A DNA stretch of 64,000 bases, from contig CAVZIW010000003.1 in the NCBI GenBank assembly GCA_963775465.1, forward strand, positions 128,001 through 192,000. The letters are read 5' to 3'. Shown here piece after piece: positions 8,876 to 19,123 of this stretch (position 1 is its first letter; each line of letters opens with the position of its first letter). The translations under genes were made by a program, and so were the position numbers. This DNA is from Candidatus Bathyarchaeota archaeon. Its GTDB lineage: Archaea > Thermoproteota > Bathyarchaeia > Bathyarchaeales > Bathycorpusculaceae. Below the pieces are notes generated by a model. The model was not told the DNA's origin and ran no database searches. It was given only the letters and a program-made list of their open reading frames with translations.

Positions 8876-11224
8876 TTGACTAGCAAAAACGTCCATGTAA
8901 AAATAGACGAAATGAAGACCGGTAGCGGTCTTATTAAAAATCTTGAATTATCTATTGGCAAAGTAATCAACGACAATTGGACTGAGCCAATGGGTCCAAC
9001 TCCAATGCCCCACATTAGCACTCTTCGCGACTGGGATATGAAACTTCTCAATAAATACAAGCCCTTCTACATGCCCGACTGCGATCTCTGTTGTCTTTGT
9101 ACATATGGCAAATGTGACTTGACAGCTGGAAAACGCGGTGCCTGTGGACTCAACATAGCTGACCAGTCTTCTCGCATCGTACTTATTGCTTGCTGTATTG
9201 GCGCTGCAACCCACAATGCACATGCCCGACATGTTGTTGATCACTTGATTGAAAAATATGGTCGCAGGTTCCCCCTTGATGTTGGAGGATTAAACGTTAA
9301 AGTTGAAGCTCCAGTTACAAGACTTATCACTGGAGTAAAACCTGAAACCCTTGGTGACTTGGACGACATTTTAGCATACACTGAATCACAAATTACCCAT
9401 TGCCTCTCTGCTGCACACACAGGTCAAGAAGCTAACAATTTAGATTTTGAATCAAAAGCATTCCATGCAGGTAGAATGGATCAAGTGGGCATGGAAATAG
9501 CCGACCTAGCTCAGATATCAACTCTTGGTTTTCCAAAAGCAGAACCTGAAGCTCCACTAATCCAGATGGGTATTGGTACTGTTGACCCAAAGAAGCCAGT
9601 TATTATGTGCATCGGACACAACGTAATACCTTCGGTTGGAATTATCGACTACATGAAAGACAAGAAAGTCGATGATAAAATGGAAGTAGTTGGTTTATGT
9701 TGCACTGCCATTGACAACACAAGGTATTTCGATCGCGCAAAAATCGTTGGACCAATTTCATGGGAACTCCGATTCATTAGAGGCGGATTTGCAGATGTGG
9801 TAGTTTTAGACGAACAGTGTGTACGCACAGATGCTTCCCTGGAAGCCGAACGTGTAAAAGCACCAGTCATTGCGGCGTCAGAGAAAAATTGTATAGGTTA
9901 CAAAGACCGTACGAATGATCCGGCAGACCAAATTGTTGCAGATCTGGTCAGCGGTAAAGTGCCTGGTGTACTAATACTTGATCCTGAAAAAGTCGGTGAA
10001 GTTGCTGTACGCGTAGCGCAACAAGTAGCACCTTTGCGCAAAAAGATGAAGTCTCTTCCTGAGTTAGATCAAATTAAAGAACTAGCTAAGAAATGTCGAC
10101 ATTGCAACATGTGCCAGAGAAGTTGTCCACAAGACCTTAGTATTGAACCCGCGGTAAAAGCTGCCTCTGAGGGTGACTACTCTAAACTTGCAGCACTATA
10201 CGAGGAATGCATTGGATGCGGAAGATGTGAAGAAGCTTGTCCAGTGAAACTAGAAATACATAGCTACATACTAAAAGTCGGTGAGAAGAAAATGCTTGAG
10301 GAGAAGAACTTCTGTCGATCTGGTAGAGGAGCAGTCTCAGACGTTGAAATTAGAAGTGTTGGTGGTCCAATAGTTCTAGGTGAAATTCCAGGAATTGTTG
10401 CACTAGTAGGTTGCGCTAACTATCCGCACGGAGGTAAAGACGTATATGACATAGCCAGAGAATTCGCTTCACGACGATACATTGTAGTGACTTCCGGTTG
10501 CTCGGCTATGTCCGCTGGATCCTACAAGAACGAAGAAGGCAAGACACTCTACGAAGAATTCCCAGGAGGCTTCGAAGCTGGCGGTGTACTAAATGTCGGA
10601 TCATGCGTTTCTAACCCACACATCGCAGGCGCAGCAATCAAAGTAGCAAACATCTTTGCCAAACGCAATCTACGAGGTAACTACGAGGAAATCGCTGACT
10701 ACATACACAATCGAGTAGGAGCAGTCGGTTTAGCTTGGGGCGCATACTCGCAGAAAGCAGCATCAATCGCCTCCGGCTTTTGGAGTTTAGGTGTTCCAGT
10801 ACTTGTAGGGCCCCACGGCAGCAAATATCGTCGGATGCTAATGGGCAGATCAGACAAACCTGAAAACTGGGAAGTTTACGATGCACGCTCAGGCGACACG
10901 GTTAACGTTGGTCCAGCACCCGAACATCTCTTCCAAACAGTTGAAACCCCGCAGGAAGCAATGGTCCAAATTGCAAAACTATGCTTAAGACCCAACGATA
11001 CATGGAAAGGACGGATGGGAAAACTTACCCACTACATTGACTTGCACAAGCGTCACTATGGCATAATGCCTCCAGACATTCACATGTTTGTTCGAACAAC
11101 AGCAGATATACCCATTACAATGAAAGATGAAATCACTGAGATTCTGAAAGCAAAAGATTGGAAGGAGACAATAATTCCGGATCCGACAATGCTTCCTAGA
11201 ATGATTAGGAAGGTTAAGGAGTGA
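8876..11224 (+). CDS. cdhA: ACDS/CODH alpha subunit
   Basis: EPMGPTPMP, CDLCCLCTYGKC, IGHNV, GLCCT, two 4Fe-4S motifs, VGCANYP, SGCS, GSCVSN. Confidence 0.97.
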   Translation: MTSKNVHVKIDEMKTGSGLIKNLELSIGKVINDNWTEPMGPTPMPHISTLRDWDMKLLNKYKPFYMPDCDLCCLCTYGKCDLTAGKRGACGLNIADQSSRIVLIACCIGAATHNAHARHVVDHLIEKYGRRFPLDVGGLNVKVEAPVTRLITGVKPETLGDLDDILAYTESQITHCLSAAHTGQEANNLDFESKAFHAGRMDQVGMEIADLAQISTLGFPKAEPEAPLIQMGIGTVDPKKPVIMCIGHNVIPSVGIIDYMKDKKVDDKMEVVGLCCTAIDNTRYFDRAKIVGPISWELRFIRGGFADVVVLDEQCVRTDASLEAERVKAPVIAASEKNCIGYKDRTNDPADQIVADLVSGKVPGVLILDPEKVGEVAVRVAQQVAPLRKKMKSLPELDQIKELAKKCRHCNMCQRSCPQDLSIEPAVKAASEGDYSKLAALYEECIGCGRCEEACPVKLEIHSYILKVGEKKMLEEKNFCRSGRGAVSDVEIRSVGGPIVLGEIPGIVALVGCANYPHGGKDVYDIAREFASRRYIVVTSGCSAMSAGSYKNEEGKTLYEEFPGGFEAGGVLNVGSCVSNPHIAGAAIKVANIFAKRNLRGNYEEIADYIHNRVGAVGLAWGAYSQKAASIASGFWSLGVPVLVGPHGSKYRRMLMGRSDKPENWEVYDARSGDTVNVGPAPEHLFQTVETPQEAMVQIAKLCLRPNDTWKGRMGKLTHYIDLHKRHYGIMPPDIHMFVRTTADIPITMKDEITEILKAKDWKETIIPDPTMLPRMIRKVKE

Positions 11225-11230
11225 TCATGA

Positions 11231-11779
11231 ATGTCGTGTGAACCATGGCAATGTTCAGAAATAGCTGCCACTAAAAAAGCAAACCCCATTCAAAAACCCG
11301 AGATAGCAGTAGCAATGATCAAAAGAGCCGCCCGCCCCCTACTTATTGTTGGAAGTAACGCTACTCAACGTTGGATGGAAGGTCGACAACTGATCGATTA
11401 CCTCATCGAATTCGCTAACGCTTCTAAAGTTCCGGTGTTAGCCACAGCTCACATGGTCGGTGAATTCCTAAAACGAGGGTATACTCCTGCAAGTTTCATG
11501 ACCGCGATGGACATAGGTCAAAGAATTGTTGACCCAACCTGGCAGGGTATCGACGGAAAAGGTCACCCAGATCTTGTTATATTCGTTGGCTTGCCTTACT
11601 ATATGGAAGCACTCATCCTTTCGGGACTCAAACACTTCGCACCAGACCAAAAGACAATGACCATCGACAACCTTTATCATGCACATGCAAGCTGGTCTTT
11701 TCCAAATGCAAGCCTAGAGGATTGGGCTTCAAATCTCAAAGTAATGACATCAAAATTTGAAAATAATGGAGGAAATTAA
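11231..11779 (+). CDS. cdhB: ACDS epsilon subunit
   Basis: MIKRAARPLLIVG, WQGIDGKG.PDLV..VG..YY, LSGLKHFAP, ASWSFPN; operon position. Confidence 0.95.
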   Translation: MSCEPWQCSEIAATKKANPIQKPEIAVAMIKRAARPLLIVGSNATQRWMEGRQLIDYLIEFANASKVPVLATAHMVGEFLKRGYTPASFMTAMDIGQRIVDPTWQGIDGKGHPDLVIFVGLPYYMEALILSGLKHFAPDQKTMTIDNLYHAHASWSFPNASLEDWASNLKVMTSKFENNGGN

Positions 11780-11782
11780 AAA

Positions 11783-13195
11783 ATGTCAATGTTTAAAGAT
11801 ATCCCTGTTGAAGTTGGCGTAATCTACGAAGGAGAACGTATCCGAAGAAACGACATGCAAATCGAACTTGGCGGACCAACAGTCAAACAAAAGTTTGAAT
11901 TAGCAAAAGTAAAACCCATGGATCAGATCGAAGATGGCAAAATCACCATCATCGGTCCAGATATTAAAGACATGAAAGAAGGCGGCGCATATCCCCTTGG
12001 CATTCTTGTTGAAGCGGCAGGAGCAAAACTCGATGCAGGTCTTGAAGGTGTCATAGAAAGACGTATTCACGGTTACCTAAACTACATTGAGGGCTTTATG
12101 CACTTGAACCAACGTTATGACATCTGGATACGACTGGGCAAAAAATCTTTCCAAAAAGGCTTAAACAGCTTTGAAGCAATCGGCAAAGTTCTCTTCCGCT
12201 TATTCAAAAGTGAACTACCAATAATTGAAAAAGTGCAAATTACGTTCATAACAGACACCTCAAAACTAGACGAGCTATACCCAGAAGCAGTCCAAGCTTA
12301 CGAGGCACGAGATGCAAAAGCAAGAGGTCTCAAAGACAGTGAAGTTGATACATTCTACGGATGTGCACTCTGCCAATCATTCGCACCAAGCCACGTTTGT
12401 GTCATCACACCACAAAGATACAGTAACTGTGGCGCCATCAGCTGGTTTGACGGTAAAGCTTCCGCAAGCATCGATCCCAAGGGTCCAGTATTCGCAATTC
12501 CAAGAGGCGAAATGATCAACGAAGAAAAAGGCGAATTTAGTGGTGTTAACGAAGCAGCCAAGACACGTAGCATGGGTGAAGTTAACAAAGTATGGCTCTA
12601 CACAGCCTTTGATCATCCACACACTTCATGCGGATGCTTCGAGGCAGTAGCATTCTACATCCCAGAAGTCGACGGACTAGGTGTGGTCCAAAGAAACTTC
12701 AAAGGCGCAACCGTAAACGGCTTACCTTTCAGCACCATAGCAGACTCCGCAGCAGGCGGACGACAAATCGACGGATTCCACGGAATGTCCATAGAATACA
12801 TGCGAAGCAAGAAATTCTTTGCAGCAGACGGTGGTTGGAATCGCATTGTCTGGGTGCCTAAAGAAGTTAAAGATCGCGTTAAAGATTTTATCCCCGCAGA
12901 CATCGTTGATAAAATCGCAACTGAAGAAGATGCAAAAAACGTTGATGAACTCAAAGCTTTCCTCAAAGCAAAGAACCACCCAGTGGTTGCCAAATGGGAA
13001 ACAGAAGCAGCACCAGAAGCAGAAACAGCAGCAGTCCAAATATCCGAGGAAGCAGCAGGCACTATGATGCCAGTTGCAACAGCAGGCTCACTTCCAATAA
13101 TGGCAGGCGGATTCAAAATAATACTCAAAGACGCAAAAATTTACGCGAACAAAGTTATCATAACAACCGTCAAAGACAATAAAGACAAACGGTGA
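11783..13195 (+). CDS. cdhC: ACDS beta subunit (acetyl-CoA synthase)
   Basis: YEGERIR, ERRIH, FYGCALCQSFAP.HVC, HTSCGCFE, C-terminal GFKIILKDAKI module. Confidence 0.97.
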   Translation: MSMFKDIPVEVGVIYEGERIRRNDMQIELGGPTVKQKFELAKVKPMDQIEDGKITIIGPDIKDMKEGGAYPLGILVEAAGAKLDAGLEGVIERRIHGYLNYIEGFMHLNQRYDIWIRLGKKSFQKGLNSFEAIGKVLFRLFKSELPIIEKVQITFITDTSKLDELYPEAVQAYEARDAKARGLKDSEVDTFYGCALCQSFAPSHVCVITPQRYSNCGAISWFDGKASASIDPKGPVFAIPRGEMINEEKGEFSGVNEAAKTRSMGEVNKVWLYTAFDHPHTSCGCFEAVAFYIPEVDGLGVVQRNFKGATVNGLPFSTIADSAAGGRQIDGFHGMSIEYMRSKKFFAADGGWNRIVWVPKEVKDRVKDFIPADIVDKIATEEDAKNVDELKAFLKAKNHPVVAKWETEAAPEAETAAVQISEEAAGTMMPVATAGSLPIMAGGFKIILKDAKIYANKVIITTVKDNKDKR

Positions 13196-13201
13196 TATTC
13201 G

Positions 13202-14428
13202 ACGACGCACCACGATACAGACAAAAAAAAAGACGCTGAAGGCCTGAAACTAAGCGACGACTTACTTGCAGCCCTAGCAAAATTCCAGACAATCGAACTG
13301 GAAGACTTTCAACTTGACGCTAAAGAACTAGAAATCATCTTCGAAGCAGGTGCAGCAGGACAATTAATGCCAAAACTAAAGCTTCCAACAGCTATTACAG
13401 GTGGAAAACCAACTAGCCTGCTCCAAGCTTCTTTCTTACCCCCTATCGAAACCTATCCCAACAAAATCACCGAAGTAAAACTTGGGGCAACCAAAAGCGA
13501 AGGCGGCACACGCGGCAGATCACTTACTATAGGCGGAGAAGTCTCTCCTGCTTTCTACACTTTTGAAAACCCAATGCCACACAAACCAGTGGTTACATTA
13601 GACGTTTTCGACATGGAAATCCCATTGTCTAAAGCAGTCAAGATGCACGTTAAAGATGTAATTGGTGACCCGGCAGCATGGGCAAAACTTGCAGTTGAAA
13701 AATTCGGTGCAGACATGGTTACAATGCACTTAATCAGTGTAGACCCACTTCTCAAAGATGCGTCACCCAAAGAAGCATGCAAAACAATAGAAAAAGTCCT
13801 ACAAGCCGTAAACGTGCCACTAGTTATCGGGGGATGCGGAGACCCAGTTAAAGATACGGCAGTCTTCGAAGAAGTATGTGCTCAATTCCCAGGAGAACGG
13901 TTTCTAATCAGTTCAGTCACAAGGGATATGGATGTAGAAAAATGCGCAAAATTCATCAAAAAAGCAGGCCACGCCATACTCTCATTCACACCCATGGACC
14001 TTAACCTAGCACGTGAACTTAACAGGCGCCTCTACGACTTTGTTGCAAGAGAGGACATCGTTATGGACTTGACGACTGCCGCCTTAGGATACGGCTTAGA
14101 TTACGCGTTCACAAACATGGAGCGTGCAAGAATGGGTGGCTTAATGGGCGATTCTGAACTTGCGCACCCGATGTCGTCAGGTACAACTAACGCTTGGGCA
14201 GCCCGTGAAGCATGGCTCAAAATGGGCGCTGAATGGGAACCGCGTGAACTCAGAGGTCCCCTCTGGGAAGTAACAACGGCTATAACCCTGTTACTAACAG
14301 GCGTAGACTTGTTTATGATGATGCATCCCGCTGCAGTAAAAACCCTCAAAGATGTAACCAATTATTTAACAAGCGGTAAAAAAGCAGATCCAACCAAATA
14401 TGCAAGTTGGGTCAAAGTAAAAGCTTAA
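13202..14428 (+). CDS. cdhD: ACDS delta subunit (small corrinoid Fe-S subunit); true start lies upstream of the annotated ATG 13367 and is uncertain
   Basis: EVKLGATKSEGGTRG, PLVIGGCGD, ALGYGLDY, NAWAAREAW. The frame is open from 13196 and encodes a typical delta N-terminus (LLAALAKFQTIELEDFQLDAKELEI) with no ATG/GTG/TTG. Confidence 0.92.
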   Translation, partial: TTHHDTDKKKDAEGLKLSDDLLAALAKFQTIELEDFQLDAKELEIIFEAGAAGQLMPKLKLPTAITGGKPTSLLQASFLPPIETYPNKITEVKLGATKSEGGTRGRSLTIGGEVSPAFYTFENPMPHKPVVTLDVFDMEIPLSKAVKMHVKDVIGDPAAWAKLAVEKFGADMVTMHLISVDPLLKDASPKEACKTIEKVLQAVNVPLVIGGCGDPVKDTAVFEEVCAQFPGERFLISSVTRDMDVEKCAKFIKKAGHAILSFTPMDLNLARELNRRLYDFVAREDIVMDLTTAALGYGLDYAFTNMERARMGGLMGDSELAHPMSSGTTNAWAAREAWLKMGAEWEPRELRGPLWEVTTAITLLLTGVDLFMMMHPAAVKTLKDVTNYLTSGKKADPTKYASWVKVKA

Positions 14429-14434
14429 GGAGAT

Positions 14435-15868
14435 ATGACACAGATGAGCGAGAAAAAGAAAGCTGGACTAAAAGAATTAAGCCCAATAGACGTTTACAAA
14501 CTTCTCCCGAAAACTAATTGCAAAGAATGCGGTCAAGACAACTGCATGGCCTTCGCTACCAAAATTGTAAACCGCGAAATCGAAATTGACAGTTGCAAAC
14601 CCCTCCTTAAACCAGAAAACGCCAAAAACTATGCCAAACTCAAAGACCTCCTGAAACCTGCAGTCAAAGAAATTACCGTCGGCGTTGGAGACAAAGCCAA
14701 AAAAATCGGCGGAAAACTCGTTATGTACCGCCACGAATTCACTTACAAGAACCCAACAGCCATAGCAATTGACGTAACCGACGAAATGCCTGAAAACGAA
14801 GTTGTAACCCGCGTTCAAAAAGCAGAAAACTTCAGCTTCGAATATATAGGCAACACATTAAGACTCGATATGGTTGCAGTTCGATGTACTAGCGAAGACC
14901 CAGACAAATTCAAATCTTGTGTTAAGAAAGTATCGGAATCAACAAAGTTACCTATGATACTTTGCACCTTAAACCCCACCATAGCTGAAGCAGGCTTAAT
15001 GGCGGCACCCAAAGCACGACCATTACTTTTCGCAGCAACCACTGAAAACTGGAAAGATATGGCAGAACTCGCCTTAATGTACAACTGTCCCATAGTTGCA
15101 TCTGCACCAAACGATTTGAGCACACTTGTGTCCTTAGCAAAAACATTGATCGCTTATGGCGTAACCGACATAGTACTAGACCCTGGTACCTTCCCAGCTG
15201 AAGGAATAGGCGACACCATAAACAACTTCACAATGTTACGACGCGCAGCAACCAAAGGCGGAGAAGAACTTGCAGGCTTACCACTACTCGGTGTTCCAAT
15301 GGTTGCATGGACAGACAAAGGAGACACCGCAGAAGACCTGATCAAATGGCGCGAATCATACATCGCATCAATGCTTGTAGTTCGCTACGCAGATGTACTC
15401 ATAATGCACGGTAATGATGGTTGGTCTTTACTTCCAATAACAGTACTAAGACAAAACATCTACACAGATCCCCGCAAACCCGTCGCAGTTGCACCAGGCC
15501 TCAAAGTCTTCGGCGCCCCCGATGAAAACTCACCAGTCCTCTTCACCTCAAACTTCGCTTTAACCTACTATACAGTTGCCTCAGACATCGAAAGCAACAA
15601 AGTCAACGCCTACCTAATCGTTGTTGAAACAGAAGGCTCAGCCATAGACAGCGGAGTGGCAGGACGCAAACTAACCGCCGAAAAAGTAGCAGACGCAATA
15701 AAAGAAAGCAACATCGAAAGCAAAGTAAAGCATAAGAGAATCATCAGTCCAGGCAAAGCCTCACGCATAAGCGGGGAAATTGAGGAACTCAGCGGCTGGA
15801 AAGTCCTTGTTGGTCCACGCGATAGCAGTGAGATACCCAAGTATCTCATAGAGAAATGGCAACCATAA
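14435..15868 (+). CDS. cdhE: ACDS gamma subunit (large corrinoid Fe-S subunit)
   Basis: LPKTNCKECG..NCMAFA...C, RHE, IYTDPRKP, TSNFALTY, VGPRDSS. Confidence 0.97.
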   Translation: MTQMSEKKKAGLKELSPIDVYKLLPKTNCKECGQDNCMAFATKIVNREIEIDSCKPLLKPENAKNYAKLKDLLKPAVKEITVGVGDKAKKIGGKLVMYRHEFTYKNPTAIAIDVTDEMPENEVVTRVQKAENFSFEYIGNTLRLDMVAVRCTSEDPDKFKSCVKKVSESTKLPMILCTLNPTIAEAGLMAAPKARPLLFAATTENWKDMAELALMYNCPIVASAPNDLSTLVSLAKTLIAYGVTDIVLDPGTFPAEGIGDTINNFTMLRRAATKGGEELAGLPLLGVPMVAWTDKGDTAEDLIKWRESYIASMLVVRYADVLIMHGNDGWSLLPITVLRQNIYTDPRKPVAVAPGLKVFGAPDENSPVLFTSNFALTYYTVASDIESNKVNAYLIVVETEGSAIDSGVAGRKLTAEKVADAIKESNIESKVKHKRIISPGKASRISGEIEELSGWKVLVGPRDSSEIPKYLIEKWQP

Positions 15869-15873
15869 ACCAA

Positions 15874-15896
15874 CTCCTTCCTTTATTTTATTTTTA
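15874..15896 (+). terminator. Pyrimidine/T-rich archaeal terminator after the cdh operon
   Basis: CTCCTTCCTTTATTTTATTTTT right after the cdhE stop. Confidence 0.5.
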
Positions 15897-16176
15897 ACTA
15901 ACATATCTATTAGCAATTTCTTTATAATCCGAACACGCTTTAGAATGATGATTTTATGACTGTTCTAACTTCTTATTTTAAAATAACTGAGAGAAAGGTT
16001 GAAAAGCACGCAAACACCGCGACTTTCTAATTTTCTAATATTTCTCACCTTTCGAATGTATGTTGCAATAATCTGTATTATGTTAAAAACATCATGAATT
16101 CTACTTAAATTTGTACTAAAGCCGTATAAACATCTTCTTTCAATACATGAGTACTAATGGTAGAAGGGACTGAAAA

Positions 16177-17658
16177 ATAGGCTGCGGTATCTTTGGTGCA
16201 ATAAACTACGAGAAACAACCAGTTTTTCCCTACGTTTACTGGGGTTTACGTGCTCAAAATCATCGAGGTCACCAATCTCATGGTTTCCTCACAAGCAACA
16301 ACAACCAATTCTTTACCTATAAAGCTCTTGATTTAGTTCCGCGTCTAAAGACAACCACTATAAACGAATGGTTCAGTCGCCTTCCAGGCTCAATAGGCAT
16401 CGGAAATGTGCGATATACAACCTCAGGAAAATGCGATGATGTCTCCATAATTGATGGCACCCAACCCGTCGTAGCATCTGCAGGTGGAATAAAGCTCGCA
16501 CTTTCGTTCAACGGCAATATCGTTAACACTTTGCCTCTTAGAAAAGAAATTAATCAAAACTTCGAAAACTTTCTCTACAACTGTGACTCAGACATCGTCT
16601 GCCACAAAATGCTCCTTGAGTTAAAAAATGGCAAAACTTTGGAGGATGCAGCCAGAAACGTTATGGAGAATTTGGATGGCGCTTTCTCCGTAACTGGACT
16701 AACTGGCAATGGTGAATTTTTCGCTTTCAAAGACCCCCATGGAATAAAGCCTCTGTGCGCGGGACATGACCCCAAAAGTAAAACCTATGCCTTTTCCTCC
16801 GAAACCGTAAGCCTTGATATGAACAGTTTTGAACGAGATTTTGAACTCACCCCAGGTGAGCTGGTAATCGCTTCCGAAAATGGATTCAAACGTACACAGC
16901 TAATCGATAATCCTCGCGAAGCTTTTTGCTGTTTTGAATACGCTTATTTTGCCCGACCTGACTCACGTTTCGACGGCAGATTTGTTTATGAAATACGTGA
17001 AGCCTTCGGAAGAAATCTCGTAAAAGAGTTCCCTGATGTTGTTAAGGACAGCGACATCATAATGTCGGTGCCTGAAACTGGGGACGACCCTGCCATGGGC
17101 GTACATGAAGCGTCAGGTCTGCGTTGGGAACGTTCATCAAGACGACACCGCTATGTAACTGAACGGGCCTTCATACTTCTTAACAATGAACGATACTCAA
17201 CCATAGATAAAAAAATCAACATCCTTGGAAGCAAAGTCGCCGGCAAACGAGTTATAGTAGTTGAAGACAGCGTAGTTAGAGGTGACACAACCAAAGTTAT
17301 AATAGAAAAACTCCGTAAAGCAGGCGCCAAAAAAGTTTACCTCTTCGTAACTTTCCCCCGTATCATCGGACCATGCTTTTACGGTATTGACATGTCAACT
17401 TACGGTCAACTGGTTGGCTCTAGACATGATCCAGAAGAAATAGCCAAAATTATCGGTGCCGACGGCGTATGTTATCAATCACTTGAAGGCTTAATTCAAG
17501 CCACTGGACAAACCGAAGGGCAACTCTGCTTGGCTTGTGTAACTGGCAAATATCCGACGTCATGCGCGCAAAGAATGGCAGATGTTATGAAAAAACGTTT
17601 CATTCAGGGCTACGAAGAAAAAGGCAGAATTTACGAATCTGAGGAAATTCAGCCGTAA
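16177..17658 (+). CDS. purF: Amidophosphoribosyltransferase; true start upstream of the ORF call (16408) and anomalous
   Basis: In-frame GCGIFGA...QNHRG from 16180, VRYTTSG, CFEYAYFARPDS, VEDSVVRGDT PRPP site, PCFYGIDM, CLAC Fe-S ligands. Confidence 0.93.
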   Translation: MGCGIFGAINYEKQPVFPYVYWGLRAQNHRGHQSHGFLTSNNNQFFTYKALDLVPRLKTTTINEWFSRLPGSIGIGNVRYTTSGKCDDVSIIDGTQPVVASAGGIKLALSFNGNIVNTLPLRKEINQNFENFLYNCDSDIVCHKMLLELKNGKTLEDAARNVMENLDGAFSVTGLTGNGEFFAFKDPHGIKPLCAGHDPKSKTYAFSSETVSLDMNSFERDFELTPGELVIASENGFKRTQLIDNPREAFCCFEYAYFARPDSRFDGRFVYEIREAFGRNLVKEFPDVVKDSDIIMSVPETGDDPAMGVHEASGLRWERSSRRHRYVTERAFILLNNERYSTIDKKINILGSKVAGKRVIVVEDSVVRGDTTKVIIEKLRKAGAKKVYLFVTFPRIIGPCFYGIDMSTYGQLVGSRHDPEEIAKIIGADGVCYQSLEGLIQATGQTEGQLCLACVTGKYPTSCAQRMADVMKKRFIQGYEEKGRIYESEEIQP

Positions 17659-17710
17659 CCGCTATAAAGAATTATCTTTAAGAATAGGTCGTCAAGGGGT
17701 TGTATCTCTG

Positions 17711-19123
17711 ATGGAAAAGATAGGAGTACTGTTGATTTCTTATGGTGCACGAGAAGTTGCTATGGCCGACACACTGCTTCGGAGTCAAAACTACCAGGTT
17801 GAGCTTTATATTGTTGACAAACAACGCAACCCCTTCAACGCAAACCACTCCATCAAACAAGTTGTGATTCCAAGTCTTAATATCCAGGAAACATGCAAAT
17901 TCGCTCAAGCCAACAAGAATAACCTTGACTTTGTTTTAGTCGGTTCAGAAAAACCAATAATTGATGGTGTGCGCGATCTAATCGAAAAAGAGACTGGCAT
18001 ACCCGTGATTTGTCCAATGAAAGCTTACGCAATCGAGAAAAGCAAGGTTGAGCAGCGTTTGCTCTTTGAAGAAATTGCGCCAGAAGCCAATCCGCGATTC
18101 AAAGTTTTTGACCCAGCTGATTATAAGCATAGAGACGTAAAAAGTGACGTTTACAAATGGCTTGATGAATTAGGCAACCAAGCTGTTGTCAAACCCGATA
18201 AGCCAGCTTTAGGAAAAGGTGTCGGTGTGTGGGGCGACCACTTTGTTAACCGAGAGCAGCTTTTTGAGTTTTTCATGTCTAACTTTCTGTACAGTTCAGT
18301 ACTAATCGAAGAAAAAGTTCCTGGGGAAGAATCCAGCTGCATAGGATTCTCCGACGGCAAGCACTTTATTGCTTTGCCGGATACTCGGGACTACAAGCGT
18401 GCATTCGACGATGATAAAGGTCCCAACACGGGCGGAATGGGCTCCTATAAAGACATCACCGATTATCTGCCTTTTTTAACTGCAGCCGACCGTGAACAAG
18501 AAATCGCTTTAGCCGACAAGATCTTTAAAGGCTGGAAAGCAAAAATCCCCGACGATAAAGCCCTTCGAGGGGTCCCGTTATACCTCGCGTTTATGCATAC
18601 AGGCAAAGGAATTAAGGTTCTAGAAATTAACAGTCGTCCAGGCGACCCCGAAATTATGAACCTTCTTCCTATAATCAAAGATGACTTTGTCGATGTATGT
18701 CTCAAGATGGTGGATGGCAGCCTCAAGGGTGTTGCCACAGATAAGTCTGCTACAGTTTTAACCTACAAAGTGCCTGCAGACTATGGTGGTTACCTGCAAG
18801 AATTCCCAGATAAAGTTGATAAATCCTCAATTGATGGTCCCGTCGACTTGATCAAGGCAGAAGCGCTCTCTGAAAAATTCGGCGATAACATTCGTATTTA
18901 TCCTGGCTCTATGGAACTTCGTGAAGGCAAAAATTATGCGTTAAAATCCCGTGCCATCGGAATCTTAGGTATTGCTGACAATATTGAAGAAGCTCGCCAA
19001 ATTAGCCTAGAAGGTGCTCAAGCAGTCAGGGGTGGTGCACTCTGGAACCGTACCGACATTGCAGCAAAACAACACATCCAAAGAAGCATCGCCCATATGG
19101 AGCTGTTGAGGCGCAAGGTTTGA
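17711..19123 (+). CDS. purD: Phosphoribosylamine-glycine ligase
   Basis: GARE.A, EKSK..R, VVKPD...GKGV, IEEK..GEE, DYKRAFDDDKGPNTGGMG, EINSRPGDPE. Confidence 0.95.
   Translation: MEKIGVLLISYGAREVAMADTLLRSQNYQVELYIVDKQRNPFNANHSIKQVVIPSLNIQETCKFAQANKNNLDFVLVGSEKPIIDGVRDLIEKETGIPVICPMKAYAIEKSKVEQRLLFEEIAPEANPRFKVFDPADYKHRDVKSDVYKWLDELGNQAVVKPDKPALGKGVGVWGDHFVNREQLFEFFMSNFLYSSVLIEEKVPGEESSCIGFSDGKHFIALPDTRDYKRAFDDDKGPNTGGMGSYKDITDYLPFLTAADREQEIALADKIFKGWKAKIPDDKALRGVPLYLAFMHTGKGIKVLEINSRPGDPEIMNLLPIIKDDFVDVCLKMVDGSLKGVATDKSATVLTYKVPADYGGYLQEFPDKVDKSSIDGPVDLIKAEALSEKFGDNIRIYPGSMELREGKNYALKSRAIGILGIADNIEEARQISLEGAQAVRGGALWNRTDIAAKQHIQRSIAHMELLRRKV

Noticed and set aside
13193-13195. Selenocysteine at the in-frame TGA of cdhC/cdhD or purF (16171)
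   Set aside because: Neither position corresponds to a conserved Cys, no SECIS-like element was recognised, and TGA is used as a normal stop in cdhA and purD
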